The translations under genes were made by a program, and so were the position numbers. The notes under the pieces are model-generated. The model was not told the origin of the DNA, did not search any database, and saw only the letters and a program-made list of their open reading frames with translations. From Mustelus asterias (lineage: Eukaryota), in contig NW_027590156.1 in the NCBI RefSeq assembly GCF_964213995.1, forward strand, positions 124,001-188,000: 64,000 nucleotides of DNA. Direction: 5' to 3'. Position 1 is the first letter of the stretch. Each line of letters opens with the position of its first letter. Positions 62,585 to 64,000 of the stretch are shown one piece after another.

Positions 62585-63589
62585 GCTGCGATGCCCTGAT
62601 ATTCGGAAACTGACGCCACAAACACGTCAATTGCCCACAGCAACTGTGATTTACATTGTGTCTGCTGGTATCTCAAATTAATCAGGTAACGGGGAAGTGG
62701 TGGAAAGGATATTGAAAGAAGGAACATTGAATTAAAATTGTATCGAAATTAAAGACCAGTACGCCATTCCTATGTTACTGACTCTGAAATACAAATGGGT
62801 GCCATCATTTAAATACTTCATTAAGGAATGGAACTATTTTGGAATTACCCTGTATTATTGCAGTGCTGTTAATAAAGTCAGTAATAGACTGTCTATTGCT
62901 GGGAGTTTGATTATCTGCTGTCTGAAACCAAAATATTCAATATTTCGAGTGAAAAAGATGAACAAGGAAACACGTCAGTGCCGAATATTCCAGCTGGATA
63001 TTCACAGGAGAAAGTCTGTTTTCTAACACTTCCAGTAGAAAGAACAGAGAAAGATCCATCTGGAAGAAACCCTTCCATCATTTGTAAATATATTTCTAAT
63101 GTTGACAGGTTCCAACAGTCAGTTTCCATCACATTGAAGTCAACGGAAGGTGGGAGATAGAGTCATAGAGTTATAGAATCATAGAGGTTTACAACATGGA
63201 AACAGGCCCTTCGGCCCAACTTGTCCATGCCGGCATTTTTTCTAAACCCTAAGCTAATCCAAATTGCCGGCATTTGGCCCATATCCCTCTATACCCATCT
63301 TATTTTCAACATTTTCAACAAAATATTTTCAACAAAAACAGAATGGTTCAAAGTTCCAGAGTGAAATGTAACTTGATGTTACTTACATTAGTAGATTTAG
63401 GAAAGCCACACAAACATTTTCAGTCTGGAACTTTCACTCTCAGGAACAGCCCAATTTTACACCAATCTCGGATTTTACAGCACGTTTGCAGTATTCAACA
63501 TTGCTCCCCTGACTCCGAACACCGTTGTAAAGGAGCTTCTCTTCCGTGTCTCGGAGCTCTGAACCATGGAAGAGAGCGGCTCGCACACA

Positions 63590-64000
63590 TTCCTTACACA
63601 CCTCAGGATTAACCTCCAAGTTCAGTCCTGGGCGTGAGTAACTGCAGCAATGTAAGAAGTCTCGCAACACCAGGTTAAGATCCAACAGGTGTATTTGGAA
63701 TCACGGGCTTTCGGAGCGCTGCTCCTTCATCAGGTGCGTGAAGGTTAGTTCGCAAGCACAGCATATATAATTAAAGACACAAATGCAAGATAGTTACAGA
63801 TTGGTATGTGAAGAGTGATTTAATATGAGTCGTTACAGGAAAATATAAAGTAAATAATCAAGTTTTTATAGGTGCGAACCGTGTGAGTGGAGCGAGGGAC
63901 AATCACAAGTTAAAGGGGTATGAATTGCCTCAAACCAGGTCAGTTCGTAGGATTTTGCAAACCCAGGCAGTATGGTGGGGGTTACAAGTCGTGCGACATT
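63590..64000 (-). mobile_element. Penelope pLTR/3' end
   Basis: Homologous to 22935-23250; hammerhead motif at 63702-63736 with mutated cleavage triplet. Confidence 0.8.

Overview
Vertebrate genomic DNA, almost certainly from a cartilaginous fish (shark-type CR1 LINEs, HE1-like tRNA-derived SINEs, Penelope elements, GPR139-like receptor). From left to right: (1) a 10-finger C2H2 zinc-finger gene broken by a TGA at a Cys codon, then a CpG-island promoter; (2) a tRNA-Val tandem unit; (3) about 9.4-27.3 kb, a cluster of at least 8 T-cell receptor alpha/delta-type V segments or remnants in mixed orientation. Every RSS seen is 23-type, no D, J or C segment was seen, only one V looks intact, and a 134-bp inverted copy of one V end plus its RSS sits inside a LINE; (4) about 28-55 kb, a mostly decayed tRNA array (Glu, Leu, Thr, Ser, Val, Gln, Lys, Pro) built from direct and inverted duplications, including a large decayed palindrome centred near 46 kb and intron-bearing tRNA-Pro(UGG) copies; (5) an unexplained strand-skewed block ending in telomere-like repeats; (6) a GPR139-like GPCR pseudogene with olfactory-type promoter motifs; (7) an assembly gap. 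One near full-length CR1 (15.5-19.8 kb) and several Penelope hammerhead ribozyme motifs are also present. All coordinates and translations were read by eye.
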